Shown here piece by piece: positions 13,001 to 25,437 of a DNA stretch of 64,000 nt. Every line of letters begins with the position of its first letter. Position 1 is the stretch's first letter. The translations under genes and the position numbers were made by a program. Source of the DNA: Eledone cirrhosa (lineage: Eukaryota); contig OZ024766.1 in assembly GCA_964016885.1 (NCBI GenBank), forward strand, positions 16,492,001 through 16,556,000, given 5' to 3'. The notes beneath the pieces were generated by a model. That model made no database searches. It was not told the origin of the DNA and saw nothing but the letters and a program-made list of their open reading frames with translations.

Positions 13001-13912
13001 AAATAAGACAGCCATGGACTCCTGTATGACAAGTGACATTGGAAGAAGGGCTAGAAGAAGCAGTCACTGTAGTAGCCAGTTAAATAAGACAGCCATGGAT
13101 ACCTGTATGACAACAAACATTGGAAGAAGGGACTAGAAGGAGCAGTCACTGGAGTAGCCAGTTAAATAAGAAAGCCATGGACTCCTGTATGACAACTGAC
13201 ATTGGAAGAAGGGACTAGAAGGAGCAGTCACTGTAGTAGCCATTTAAATAAGACAGCCATGGACACCTGTATGACAACAAACATTGGAAGAAGGGACTAG
13301 AAGGGGCAGTCACTGGAGTAGCCAGTTAAATAAGAAAGCCATGCACACCTGTATGACAACTGACATTGGAAGAAGAGACTAGATGGGGCAATCACTGGAG
13401 TAGCCAGTTAAATAAGATAGCCATGGACACCTGTATGTCAACTGACATTGGAAGAATGGACTAGAAGGAGCAGTCACTGGAGTAGCCAGTTAAATAAGAC
13501 AGCCATGGACACCTGTATGACAACTGACATTGGAAGAAGAAACTAGAAGGGGAAATCACTGGAGTAGCCAGTTAAATAAGACAGCCATGGACACCTGTAT
13601 GACAACTGACATTGGAAGAAGAGAGTAGAAGGAGCAGTCACTGGAGTAGCCAGTTAAATAAGACAGCCATGGACACCTGTATGACAACTGACATTGGAAG
13701 AAGAGACTAGAAGGAGCAGTCACCGGAGTAGCCAGTTAAATAAGACAGCCATGGACTTCTGTATGACAACTGACATTGGAAGAAGGGACTAGAGGGAGCA
13801 GTCACTGGAGTAGCCAGTTAAATAAGACAGCCATGGACTTCTGTATGACAACTGACATTGGAAGAAGAGACTAGAAGGAGCAGTCACTGGAGTGGCCAGT
13901 TAAATAAGACAG
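7088..13912 (+). repeat. 82-bp satellite array, ~83 monomers, Helitron-derived
   Basis: Monomer ccatggacacctgtatgacaactgacattggaagaagagactagaaggagcagtcactggagtagccagttaaataagacag; period 82 (atgg at 7171 and 7253), with 79/85-bp variants. Confidence 0.97.
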
Positions 13913-14260
13913 TTGTTTGCTACTATACTCACAGCATGTGGAATAAATCTCATCTTCCCTGGCAGGAGCACAAAAACAATATGTCAGACGACTATCTACA
14001 CCTAGCCCAAAGACGTTATAGCAATATATATGTGGAATCTACCTCCAAGATTTACAATCAAGCTCTGTGCAACCTGTCCCATTGAATTCCAGCAATGCAG
14101 GATGCCAGAGCCAGAAGAAATTGAGGTAATACAATCAGTTTTTCAGGAGACAAACCATGATATTGAAGTGTTGCGTAAGTTTGTGGATGAAAATAAACCT
14201 TGACTGGTAGATGACCAGAAATATGCCTACCACAACATCATGAAAAACATTCAACATGAC
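13913..14260 (+). mobile_element. Helitron RepHel fragment, 3' part
   Basis: LFATILTACG..WQEHKNNMSDD..YNQAL..QETNHDIEVLRKFVDENKP*LVDDQKYAYHNIM continues the Helitron protein to just before the Pif1-like helicase Walker A. Confidence 0.8.
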
Positions 14261-14400
14261 AGTACCCAGCACTCTCTGTAAATGAGGTTGGCGTTAGGAA
14301 GGGCATCCATCTGTAGAAATCAAGCCAGAATCAGTTCCTGTCCCACCTTTGCAAGCAGGGAAAATGCGGACGTGAAATGAAATGATGATGAATGATGATG
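14261..14400 (+). mobile_element. Short RTE-type LINE 3'-end fragment with (GAT)n tail
   Basis: Similar to 625-812 (cccagcactc..ttaggaagggcatcca..ggacgt..gatgatg). Copies at ~31550-31689, 44657-44793 and 53944-54083. Confidence 0.75.
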
Positions 14401-14614
14401 TCCCTCCCATATTTTCAATAATGTCACTTTGACGAACCAAAAGATAAATAACAGAAAAACAGACCCTAAAATATATTTTCCGTGCTATTTCCAACTTCAC
14501 CTTTTCTCTATATAGAGAGAGCGCGAGGACAATTTGTCATGTCTTCATTACATAGGTGTTATTTTAAATAAACATCTTTTAACGGTCTGTTCTGCTATAT
14601 TTTACTTTTCCACG

Positions 14615-14647
<33 letters not shown>

Positions 14648-15096
14648 ATATATATATCAACTAGAAATTGATTGACATATAAATAAACATATGAAACAAT
14701 CACAGAGGATAATTTGTAAATGTGTGTAAGCACACATAGGTAGGTAACTAAATAAATTTAACTAGAACTTCAAAAATAGATACCTTAGAAAATGATTAAT
14801 CTTCCTTGTATATATTCCATTAAAGAAATATATTTCACCAATTAATCGATTGGTAAACGACAGTAGCCAGATCTTGGATTCTCAACCAGGAAGAAGTCCA
14901 ACCATCTGTGTTTACGCATCAAGTTCAAATCAGCGACTGACCAGTAACCCGTGCTGTATCTACTAAAAATACACACATCATACCAGCTTCGTCCCAGTGG
15001 CGTGAATAGGGTTATTGACTACTAGAAACAGCAGTCAGGTTCTTTCAACAGAGTTAGCTCTACAATTAAGAGGCCCTATTTATATATATATATATA

Positions 15097-15286
15097 TCCA
15101 AAATTAAGATAAATTAAAATGAAATTAATCTGAATCGAATCATGGGTGTCATGCCAATAAGACAGGCGCCATATCGCTCATAAAATAAGCTCCATGGAGC
15201 TTATTTTACGGGTGATATGGCACCTGTCTTTCTGGCATGACACCCATAATTTGATATAGAATAATTTTATTTATCTTAATTTTGGA
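15097..15286. repeat. Palindrome B, ~190-bp spacerless inverted repeat (MITE-like) between (TA)n runs
   Basis: tccaaaattaagataaat..aaaataagctcca|tggagcttatttt..atttatcttaattttgga. Copies at ~23977-24110 (truncated), 32385-32574, 39509-39704, 45463-45652, 54783-54972 and 63288-63483. Confidence 0.85.
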
Positions 15287-15354
15287 TATATATATATATA
15301 TATATATATACAGAGAAAGAGAAGAGTAGACAAACAGACAATGACAAAGAAAAG

Positions 15355-15475
15355 GAATTAACCACCCCGGTATTTCACTGGTATTTCATTTATTGACCTC
15401 AGAATATCGAAGCAACTTTACCTCAGTGGGATTTGTACTCTGAGGACTAGAACAGACACTGAAAATATATCAAGA
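15355..15475 (-). mobile_element. Highly decayed SINE fragment
   Basis: actggtatttcatttattgacc..acctcagtgggatttgtactc resembles the CORE/B-box of the intronic SINE. Confidence 0.5.
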
Positions 15476-15604
15476 TGTGCACACATGTATATAAGAACAC
15501 ATATAAACATACATATACACACATATACACAAATAAAGATAATCATTTTCATGGACAGAAATTTCTACACACTGACATATACACTCATACATATATATAT
15601 ATAT

Positions 15605-15727
15605 ATAGGAAAATGTTTAACCCCGACGGCAGAGCTCAAACCATTTCGACGGTTATTTCTGGACTGTTTCCAGAAATTGCCATCGAAACAGCTTGAGCTC
15701 TGCCGTCGGGGTTAAACGTTTTCCTGT
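15605..15727. repeat. Palindrome A, copy 2
   Basis: Same fold-back sequence as 822-944. Confidence 0.85.
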
Positions 15728-15814
15728 TTCCCACTCTACTCCCCTAAGTATTGAGTACTCTGGTACGTATATGGTCCATCTGGTTCCTTACTACACCTCC
15801 TTTGTTATATATAT

Positions 15815-17030
15815 CTTCATCATCATCATCATCGCTTTACGTCCATTTTCCACGCTTGCATGGGTTTGGACGGGAGTTTTCCCACTTGAGGCAAGAGTGG
15901 TTGTCTTGCTCGCATAGGACTGTCTGGCAGGTTTTCTACAGCTGGATGCCCTTCCTAACACCAACCATATTTACAGTGTGGGACTGGGAGGTTTTTACCG
16001 TGTTGCCTACACGGCCACATTACAGCGTGGACTGTGTGTTTTTTTTTGTCGTGACACCTACACGATCTCATTTGTTTCGGCCTGGATGTTGTGGCACCAA
16101 CATAACTTTACATTGAAAGGGGCGGTGTGGTGGGGTGGGGGGACGGGGGTGTGTTTTGTTAGAGATGCCTACTGACTGTAGTAGGTTTTACTTTGTATTC
16201 AGATAAGGCGGGTCTTCTCTATTACTGAGTACCGCCAAAGATCTCGGTCCAGTGACATTGTCTTGGAGAGGTGTAAGTGTGTGAGGTTGGAATTTATCAG
16301 GTCATCCCAGGTTTTTCTGGGTCTGCCTACTCCGTGGCTACCGTCTATCTTTATTGCCCTGCGCTTTTTTATACAGCTGTCGTCTTTCATGCGCATCACG
16401 TGACCATACCAACGTAGCATTCTCTCGACTAAACAACATCTGACCCCTCTTATTTCTAATTTTCCCCTTAGTTCGTTTATGCTTTGCCGATTACGTATAT
16501 TACTATTACACATCCAGCGGAGCATGCAAGCTTCGTTTCTCTCTCGTCTGCGTATATCCTCAGCACACAATGCCCAGGTCTCACTGCCATGTAACATTGC
16601 TGTTCGTATGCAGGCATCATACAACATGCCTTTCATTTTTAGGGAGAACCCTTTAGCGGCTAATAGTGGTATAAGCTCTCTCAACTTTTTCCATCCAGTT
16701 CTGACTCTAGCTACTGTACTTTCAGAGCACCCTCCCCCACTGCTGATTTTGTCACCCAGGTAACGGAAGCTGTCCACTATTTCTATAGAACCCTCTGCGC
16801 AATTGAAAGAGCTAGTATTTTGTAGGCACTTGCATGCTACTAATTGCACCAGAGCACCGGCCACATGTAAAATCTATGTTCTTAGTTAGTTTACCTGTGA
16901 TCACACTACATCTTTTATGCACCCATACTTTGCATTTGGGACATAAAATGGAGTTTCTACCAACGCCTTTCCTACACACTGAGCATGGCCATTTCCCGGA
17001 AGGGACCGGCGCCTTATTTTCTTTCCTATT
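15815..17030 (-). mobile_element. 5'-truncated RTE-type LINE insertion unique to this cassette
   Basis: (CAT)n tail at ~15818-15832; ORF 16199..16864 has FRYLG..LHGSETW..RWYGHV..GRPRKTW; upstream Cys-rich CSVC..CPKC..HKRC is in another frame. Absent from the matching (TA)n site in other cassettes. Confidence 0.9.
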
Positions 17031-17469
17031 TAAAATAATAAGAAACGAAAGGAGCTGTGTGGTTACTGTAAACAAAGTTTAAGATGGTAATATGGATGAA
17101 AGGAGAGAAGAAACCCTTCATCAGCTGTAAAACGACATCATAGATGTTTTGGCACATATATAGATATATACAGTGTTTGTAAATTCTGTACCATACAGAT
17201 TTGTCAGCATAAGTCTTGGTTACAACTTCTACAAATAAAATGAAAGGAGAATAATTTCAGAACAAACAAATTTTATTCAAAACATTAACAACATTGGTGG
17301 CACTATTTTGGGTGAGTGATATCGTTTTTATTGTCTGATTGTGTTTGTGTTACATTAAGTAACCTTATGTTGGTACCACAACATTTAGAAAATGATTTAC
17401 CACAGACATCACAATTATATGGTTCCTCTCCTGTATATGTTAATGTCTAGTGAAGCCACAACATTTAGA

Positions 17470-17824
<355 letters not shown>

Positions 17825-19024
17825 TCAGTGATATGGTTTGTCACCTGTATGTATACGCATGTGTGCAGTTAAGTGACTACTTTTATTGAATGATTTACCA
17901 CAGATATCACAGTGATATGGTTTGTCTCCTGTATGTATATGTTTGTGTCTAGTTAAGTGACTACTTCGAGAGAATGATTTCCCACAGATATCACAGTGGT
18001 ATGGCGTGTCTCCTGTATGAGTACGTTTGTGTCTAGGTAAGTCACTACTTACGGAGAATGATTTACCACAGATATCACAGTGATATGGCTTCTCTCCTGT
18101 ATGTATACGTTTGTGGCTAGTTAAGGTACCACTTTGAGAGAATGATTTCCCACAGATATCACAGTGATATGGCTTGTCTCCTGTATGTATACGTTTGTGG
18201 CTAGTTAAATTACCAGTAACAAAGAATGATTTTCCACAGATATCACAGTGATATGGCTTGTCTCCTGTATGGGTACGTTTGTGGCTAGTTAAGGTACTAC
18301 TATCAGAGAATGATTTACTACATATATCACAGTGATATGGCTTGTCTCCTGTATGGGTACGTTTGTGGATAGTTAAGGTACTACTACTATTGAATGATTT
18401 ACCACAGATATCACAGTGATAAGGCTTGTCTCCTGTATGAGTACGTATGTGAGAAGTTAATGTACCACTTGTTGAGAACAATTTACCACAGATATCACAA
18501 TGATATGGCTTCTCTCCTGTATGTATACGTTTGTGATTAGTTAAATTACTCCTAAAAGAGAATGATTTACCACAGATATCACAGTGATATGGTTTGTTAC
18601 ATGTATGGGTACGTATGTGACAAGTTAATGTATTACTTAGAGAGAATGATTTACCACAGATATCACAGTGATATGGCTTCTCACCTGTATGTATACGTAT
18701 GTGGTTAGTTAATATACTACTTTGAGAGAATGATTTACCACAGATATCACAGTTATATGGCTTCTCTCCTGTATGGGTACGTATGTGATTAGTTAAATTT
18801 CTTCTCACAAAGAATGATTTACCACAGATATCACAGTGATATGGTTTGTTACATGTATGGGTACGTATGTGACAAGTTAATATACAACTTAGAGAGAATG
18901 ATATACCACAGATATCACAGTGATATGGCTTCTCTCCTCTATCCTTTGACATCTCTTCTGTAATAGCCATATCTTTAGACATTGTTTCACATTTAATCTT
19001 CTTTTCACTCAATTTATTTTCCAT
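17825..19024 (-). CDS. C2H2 zinc-finger protein 2 (399 aa, 13 fingers; C-terminally truncated)
   Basis: Same leader plus 13 fingers; stop created by a 2-bp deletion (gatatcacagtg > gatatcagtg). Confidence 0.88.
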   Translation of the reverse strand: MENKLSEKKIKCETMSKDMAITEEMSKDRGEKPYHCDICGISFSLSCILTCHIRTHTCNKPYHCDICGKSFFVRRNLTNHIRTHTGEKPYNCDICGKSFSQSSILTNHIRIHTGEKPYHCDICGKSFSLSNTLTCHIRTHTCNKPYHCDICGKSFSFRSNLTNHKRIHTGEKPYHCDICGKLFSTSGTLTSHIRTHTGDKPYHCDICGKSFNSSSTLTIHKRTHTGDKPYHCDICSKSFSDSSTLTSHKRTHTGDKPYHCDICGKSFFVTGNLTSHKRIHTGDKPYHCDICGKSFSQSGTLTSHKRIHTGEKPYHCDICGKSFSVSSDLPRHKRTHTGDTPYHCDICGKSFSRSSHLTRHKHIHTGDKPYHCDICGKSFNKSSHLTAHMRIHTGDKPYH

Positions 19025-19404
19025 AATAATTCTTCTTCCCTTGGCAGAATTTACAGATGTTATTCTTTAATATTTTTTATATTATATTCCTAAAAAATAT
19101 TTCTTCTGTTATATTTCCCTCAATTATGATCTCAGTTAATACCTGAAGATGATGCAAACTTCTTTGTCATTGAAGCTGAGTTAAAATACAAAATATATCT
19201 CTCATATATATACCACACAGTGAAGAAAAGGAATTTTGTCTTTAAACTCAGTTCTGAGGAAATATATCACAGTAATTCTGATAGATTTATATAAACAGTG
19301 TTATATAAGTTCTGTTTAAAAAGTTTTAATCTTCAAATGATGATAAATAGAGGTGATGTATCCAAGATTGAAAATAATAATTTATCCTAATGTCATCTGA
19401 TATT

Positions 19405-21332
19405 CTGAAATGAAAAAGAAACAGTATGAAATAATAGAGAATACTTAAGAAGCAGAGATAGATTTAACAGTGGAAATTTTACATCTATAAACCCTGGAAA
19501 CTTTTTATTGAAAAATCAAATTATTTTAGTTTTTAATTAGTTACAAGAAATCTTCCTCCACACCTGCAACCATGAGTGCATCTGGGGTTCTCTTCTCTTC
19601 AGAGAGATGGATCCTCATGAGGTGGAGAGAATACTTTGCTGATCTCCCAAACCCTATCACAACAGCATCTTCGGATGTACATGAGGTGAATCTGATAGCG
19701 GTGACTAATCTCTCGGAGGCTGAGGTCACAAGAGCAATTAAAGAGCTCAAATATGACCGACTCATGTGTGTCAGATGGCCTGGGTCTCTGAAATGGCACT
19801 CAAGCAAAGGCAATCGGGAGTGATAATCCCAATTTATAAAAAGGGAGACACGAGAGATTGTTCCAAATAGAGAGGGGTCACCTTGTTAAGACACCCTGGT
19901 AAAGTATATGCTAAATTTCTGGCAAAGTGATGTAGCGAGTCAGAGCTAGCTGATGGACAGTGCTGTTTGCTCCCTGGGTGCAACATAACCCACCAAATAT
20001 TCACACTGTGGCATGTCTTTGAGAAATCGTGGGAGTATTGCTAAGAGGTATATATTATCGTTTTACAGACCTTGAAAATGCATATGATCGCATTCTTCAG
20101 GACCTGCTGTGCATACAGGAGTTCCCATGGGCAGCCAGTCATAAACATCTCTGTTATAGGCTGCAGGACGATAATAACTAAGTGAGGGCTAAGAACAGAG
20201 CCCTGGTGGAGACCAGACTACACCCCAAATTATTCACTATAATTGTTTCTATTTTAAACACAAGGCCAGCATTTAACCAGTACATTACTGGTACTTTATT
20301 TTATCAACCCCGTATGGATGTAAGGCAAAGTTAACCTCGGCTGGATTTGAACTCAGATCATAAAGGGACGTAACTCTGTGCCTCAAAGAATGGTGTCCGA
20401 CTCTCTACCGATACTGCCACTTCACTATAATGAATGTAAATCCTGACATTGCTGACTGCTCTTCTATACATGGCTTTATGATCCTGTATACAAGACATGT
20501 ATCAGACGGTTATTCAGCTAGCTCTTTAGAGTATTAGAACCTTATTATGTACAGCCACCGAGATCCCACACCAACAGATGACCCTTCACCATCAAAGCAG
20601 TTCCTGAAATACAGATACTCAACCCCTACTTGGCTGGCTAACTCAGACATAATTACAATTAAATGAAACCCACAATAAAGTAATGTTCAACCATAAGTAG
20701 ATGAAGTTAATTAAATTGTAAGAGATTTAGATAACAAAAATATCTTTAACTTACTTAAAGCAATAACAAGGTACAGCTAAATATAAACTATATTTTATAA
20801 TGTAAGGTAGTGAACCACATAATTAAATAGACGGAGTGAATTTAGATAACAAAAATATCTTTAATTTACTTAAACCAATAACAAGGTACAGCTAAATATA
20901 AAATACATTTTATAATGTAAGGTAGTAAACCACATAATTAAATAGACGGGGTTAATTTAAATAATAAATATATCTTTAATTTACTTAAAGCAATGACAAG
21001 GTACAGCTAAATATAAACTATATTTTATAATGTCAGGTAGTGAACCACATAATTAAATAGACGGAGGTAATTTAAATAATAAATATAGCTTTAACTTACT
21101 TAAAGCAATAACAAGGTATCGCTGAATATAAACTATATTTTATAATGTACGGTAGTGAACAAGATAATTAAATAGACGGAGATAATTTAAATAATAAAGA
21201 CAGTCATAACAATATATTTTATATCACATGTAACAGTGGAATCTGGTTAATTACTGGTGCGTTGTAGGGGTCACATAATTATATTATTTACACACATTAA
21301 TATAGACATTAAGTAAATCTTTGTCAACTTAC
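19405..21332 (-). other. Predicted 5'-UTR intron of ZNF gene 2 (RT fragments, SINE, 115-bp repeat)
   Basis: Conserved donor, acceptor and content as in 3878-5658. Confidence 0.6.
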
Positions 21333-22226
21333 CTCCTTCACATACAATCAATGTATTGTGTTGTTAGTTGTTACTAAACAACCAAAGAAATAATCTCTTT
21401 GTTATCAAATTAGAAGTTTCAATGTTATCAGCTTTATTTCACGACATTAACGTTGGTGTATCTTCTTCATCTTTAGTCATAAATTGATATCTTGTCAGAA
21501 TGAAGTAGTGAGGCTGACTTTATGTCTTTAGCTACAGATTTGATAGGAAATATATATATATTAGGATGATATGTGGTCTAAAATATATATGTTGTCTATA
21601 AATGACTGAGAGCAGATGTTCTGGTGAAATAGTAGTTTTACTACTACAGATTGTAATGGAACTCTTAGTAGACACAATTGTAAAGTAAGAATAGATATGA
21701 CAGTGTAAGACTGATGTCGGGGAATTAATATTGTGTGTGTGTATATATATATATAATTGTTACACAAGATATAATTAATTAATTAAAGTTATAATGAAGA
21801 CAGCAAGTACTCGGTGTCTTAGTGAATGTTTCAACTCTCGTACGGTGTCAAACGTTAAAAGTCCCTGACATAATTTAATACCTTGAGACACAGTTCCAGT
21901 CGTATTTAATTCTATAGTGATGTGATTTATTAAAAAGAAATGTGATAATTGTTTCTACTTTTGGCACAAGGCCAGCAATTACCCTAGTGTATTACTGGTA
22001 CATTATTTTATCGACCCCGTAATAATTGTTTCTACTTTAGGCACAAGGCCAGTAAATACGCCAGTGCATTACTGGTACTATATTTTATCGACCCTGTAAT
22101 AATTTTTTCTACATTAGGCACAAGGCCAGCTATACCCCAGTACATTACTGGTACTTTATTTTACCGACCCCGTAGGGATGAAAGGCAAAGCTAACCTCTG
22201 AGGGATTAACTTTGCTTTTCATCCTT

Positions 22227-22620
22227 ATCTCTATACATATAGAAAATGGACAGAGTGTGTACTTCACTGAAACCACTGCTCATCAGTTGACACCAGCACC
22301 ACCTGACACTACTCTAACTGCTTTTTTGAAACTCTGCCAGAATAAAGAATTTGTTCGATCCCTCCTATATGCTGACATCCCAAAATACTACACCTGGACC
22401 AATTGTAAGACTTGGAATCAAAGGAAGCAGGGTCATTTAGTGGAAGGTGATGAAGTCAAGGCAAGTGATGCTATTGGGCATGTTTACGATGACCACCCCA
22501 ACAACAGAGAGAGTTTTTATTTACAGCCACTTCTGCTTATTGTTCGAGGACCAACGTCATTTGAGGATCTCAGGTGATTTGGTGGAAGAGTGCAGCACAT
22601 ACCAAGAAGCATTTATAGAA
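22227..22620 (+). mobile_element. Helitron RepHel fragment, 5' part
   Basis: ORF 22212..22577 ends FYLQPLLLIVRGPTSFEDLR, followed by ECSTYQEAF in another frame. Confidence 0.85.
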
Positions 22621-23521
22621 CATCAAATCCTGCATGGCAATTGATATTGGAAGAAGAGACTAGAAAGAGCAATCACTGGAGTAGCTAGTTAAATAAGACA
22701 GCCATGGACACCTGTATGACAACTGACATTGGAAGAAGGGACTAGAAGGAGCAGTCACTGGAATAGCCGGTTAAATAAGACAGCCATGGACTCCTGTATG
22801 ACAACTGACATTGGAAGAAGGGACTAGAAGGAACAGTCACTGGAGTAGCCAGTTAAATAAGACAACCATGGACACCTGTATGACAACTGACATTGGAAGA
22901 AGAGACTAGAAAGAGCAATCACTGGAGTAGCTAGTTAAATAAGACAGCCATGGACACCTGTATGACAACTGACATTGGAAGAGACTAGGAGTAGTCACTG
23001 GAGTAGCTAGTTATATAAGACAGCCATGGACTCCTGTATGACAAATGACATTGGAAGAAGGGATTAGAAGGAGCAGTCACTAGAGTAGCCAGTTAAATAA
23101 GACAGCCATGGACTCCTGTATGACAACTGACATTGGTAGAAGAGACTAAAAGGAGCAGTCACTGGAGTAGCCAGTTAAATAAGACAGCCATAGACACCTG
23201 TATGGCAACTGACATTGGAAGAAGGCACTAGAAGGGGCAGTCACTGGAGTAGCCAGTTAAATAAGACAGCCATGGACACCTGTATGACAACTGACATTGG
23301 AAGAAGAGATTAGAAGGAGCAGTCACTGGAGTAACCAGTTAAATAAGACAGCCATGGACACCTGTATGGCAATTGATATTGGAAGAAGAGACTAGAAGGG
23401 GCAGTCACTGGAGTGGCCAGTTAAATAAGACAGCCATGGACACCTGTATGACAACTGACATTGGAAGAAGAGACTAGAAGGAGCAGTCACTGGAGTAGTC
23501 AGTTTAATAAGACAGCCATGG
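22621..23521 (+). repeat. 82-bp satellite array (~11 monomers), 3' flank deleted
   Basis: Same monomer; joins (TA)n directly. Confidence 0.95.
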
Positions 23522-24440
23522 ATATATATATATATCAACTAGAAATTGATTGACATATAAATAAACATATGAAACAATCACAGGGGATAATTTGTAAATG
23601 TGTGTAAGCACACATAGCTAGGTAGGTAACTAAATAAAGTTTAACTAGAACTTCAAAAATAGATACCTTAGAAAACGATTAATCTTCCTTGTCTATATTC
23701 CATTAAAGAAGTATATTTCACCAATTAATCGATTGGTAAACGACAGTAGCCAGATCTTGGATTCTCAACAAGGAAGAAGTCCAACCATCTGTGTTTACGC
23801 ATCAAGTTCAAATCAGCGACTGACCAGTAACACGTGCTGTATCTACTAAATATACACACATCATACCAGCTTCGTCCCAGTGGCGTGAATAGGGTTATTG
23901 ACTACTAGAAACAGCAGTCAGGTCCTTTCAACAGGAGTTAGCTCTACAATTAAGAGGCCGTATTTATATATATATTTCCAAAATTAAGATAAATTAAAAT
24001 AAAATTAATCTAAATCAAATTATGGGTGTAATGCCAGAAAGACATGCACCATATCACCCGTAAAATAAGCTCCATGGAGCTTATTTTACGGGTGATATGT
24101 CACATGTCTTTATATATATATATAAATACAGAGAAAGAGAAGAGTAGACAAACAGACAATGACAAAGAAGAGGAATTAACCACCCCAGTATTTCACTGGT
24201 ATTTCATTTATTGACCTCAGAATATCGAAGCAACTTTACCTCAGTGGGATTTGTACTCTGAGAACTAGAACAGACACTGAAAATATATCAAGATGTGCAC
24301 ACATGTATATAAGAACACATATAAACATACACATACATATATACACACACACATATACACAAATACAGATAATCATTTTCATGGACAGAAACTTCTACAC
24401 ACTGACATATACACTCATACATATATATATATATATATAT

Positions 24441-24557
24441 ATAGGAAAATGTTTAACCCCGATGGCAGAGCTCAAGCCATTTCGACGGTTATTTCTGGAC
24501 TGTTTCCAGCCGTCGAAACAGATTGAGCTCTGCCGTCGGGGTTAAACATTTTCCTAT
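24441..24557. repeat. Palindrome A, copy 3 (6-bp deletion in right arm)
   Basis: ttccagccgtcg lacks aaatag. Confidence 0.85.
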
Positions 24558-25437
24558 TACCCGCTCTACTACCCTAAGTATCGAGTACTCTGGTGCGTAT
24601 ATGGTCCATCTGGTTCTTTACCACACTTCCTTTGTCATATATATATAAAATTATAAGAAACGAAAGGAGCTGTGTGGTTACTGTAAACAAAGTTTGAGAT
24701 GGTAATATGGATGAAAGGAGAGAAGAAACCCTTCATCAGCTGTAAACCGAGATCATAGATGTTTTGGCACATATATATATATACAGTGTTTGTAAATTCT
24801 GTACCATACAGATTTGTCAGCATAAGTCTTGGTCACAACTTCTACTAATAAAATGAAAGGAGAATAATTTCAGAACAAACAAGTTTTATTGAAAACATTA
24901 ACAACATATGGTGGCACTATTTTGGGTGAGTGACATGGTTTTTATCTTGTCTGATTGTGTTTGTGTAGCATTAAGTAACCTTATGTTGGTACCACAACAT
25001 TTAGAAAATGATTTACCACAGACATCACAGTGATATAGTTCCTCTCCTGTATATGTTAGTGTGTAGTGAAGCCACAATATTTAGAGAATGATTTACTGCA
25101 GATATTACTGTGATATGGTTCCTTTTCTGTAAATGTTAGTGCTGAGTGAAGTGACTTATTTCAGAGAATGATTTACTGCAGATATCACAGTGATATGGTT
25201 TCTCTCCTGTATGTATATGTTTGTGTCTAGTTAAGCTAGCTTTTATAGATAACAATTTCCCACAGATATCACAGTGATATGGCTTTTCTTCAGTAGATAT
25301 TTATGTTTGTATGTAGTTAATGTAGCAATACAAGAGAATAATTTCTCCACAATATCACGGTGGTATAGCTTCTCACTCATATGAATGTATTTGTGTCAAA
25401 TTAATTTACAATTTTGAGACAATGAGATATGACTTTG

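Noticed and set aside
7088-13912. CRISPR-like array
   Set aside because: Head-to-tail monomers with no unique spacers, no cas genes, and a eukaryotic context.
7088-13912. Satellite encoding a repetitive protein
   Set aside because: 82 is not a multiple of 3, each monomer carries stops, and the track shows no long ORF.
6696-14260. Helitron rolling-circle capture as the mechanism amplifying the ZNF cassette
   Set aside because: Only an internal dead fragment is present. I could not identify a 5' TC or 3' hairpin-CTRR terminus bounding the cassette, and the CTAG in each monomer is ordinary coding sequence. Unequal crossover explains the pattern.
14870-15075. Possible additional SINE or ncRNA (B-box-like agttcaaatc)
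   Set aside because: No clear A-box or recognisable body; too weak to call.
15475-15715. Short His/Thr/Tyr/Ile-rich ORFs (also 5858, 24293, 39895, 63664)
   Set aside because: Translations of (CA)n/(TA)n low-complexity DNA and the palindrome.
22212-22577. Conserved 121-aa ORF as a novel gene partnered with each ZNF
   Set aside because: TTG start inside the SINE fold-back, frameshifted in copy 1, and stops in the continuing Helitron frame; similarity reflects recent duplication.
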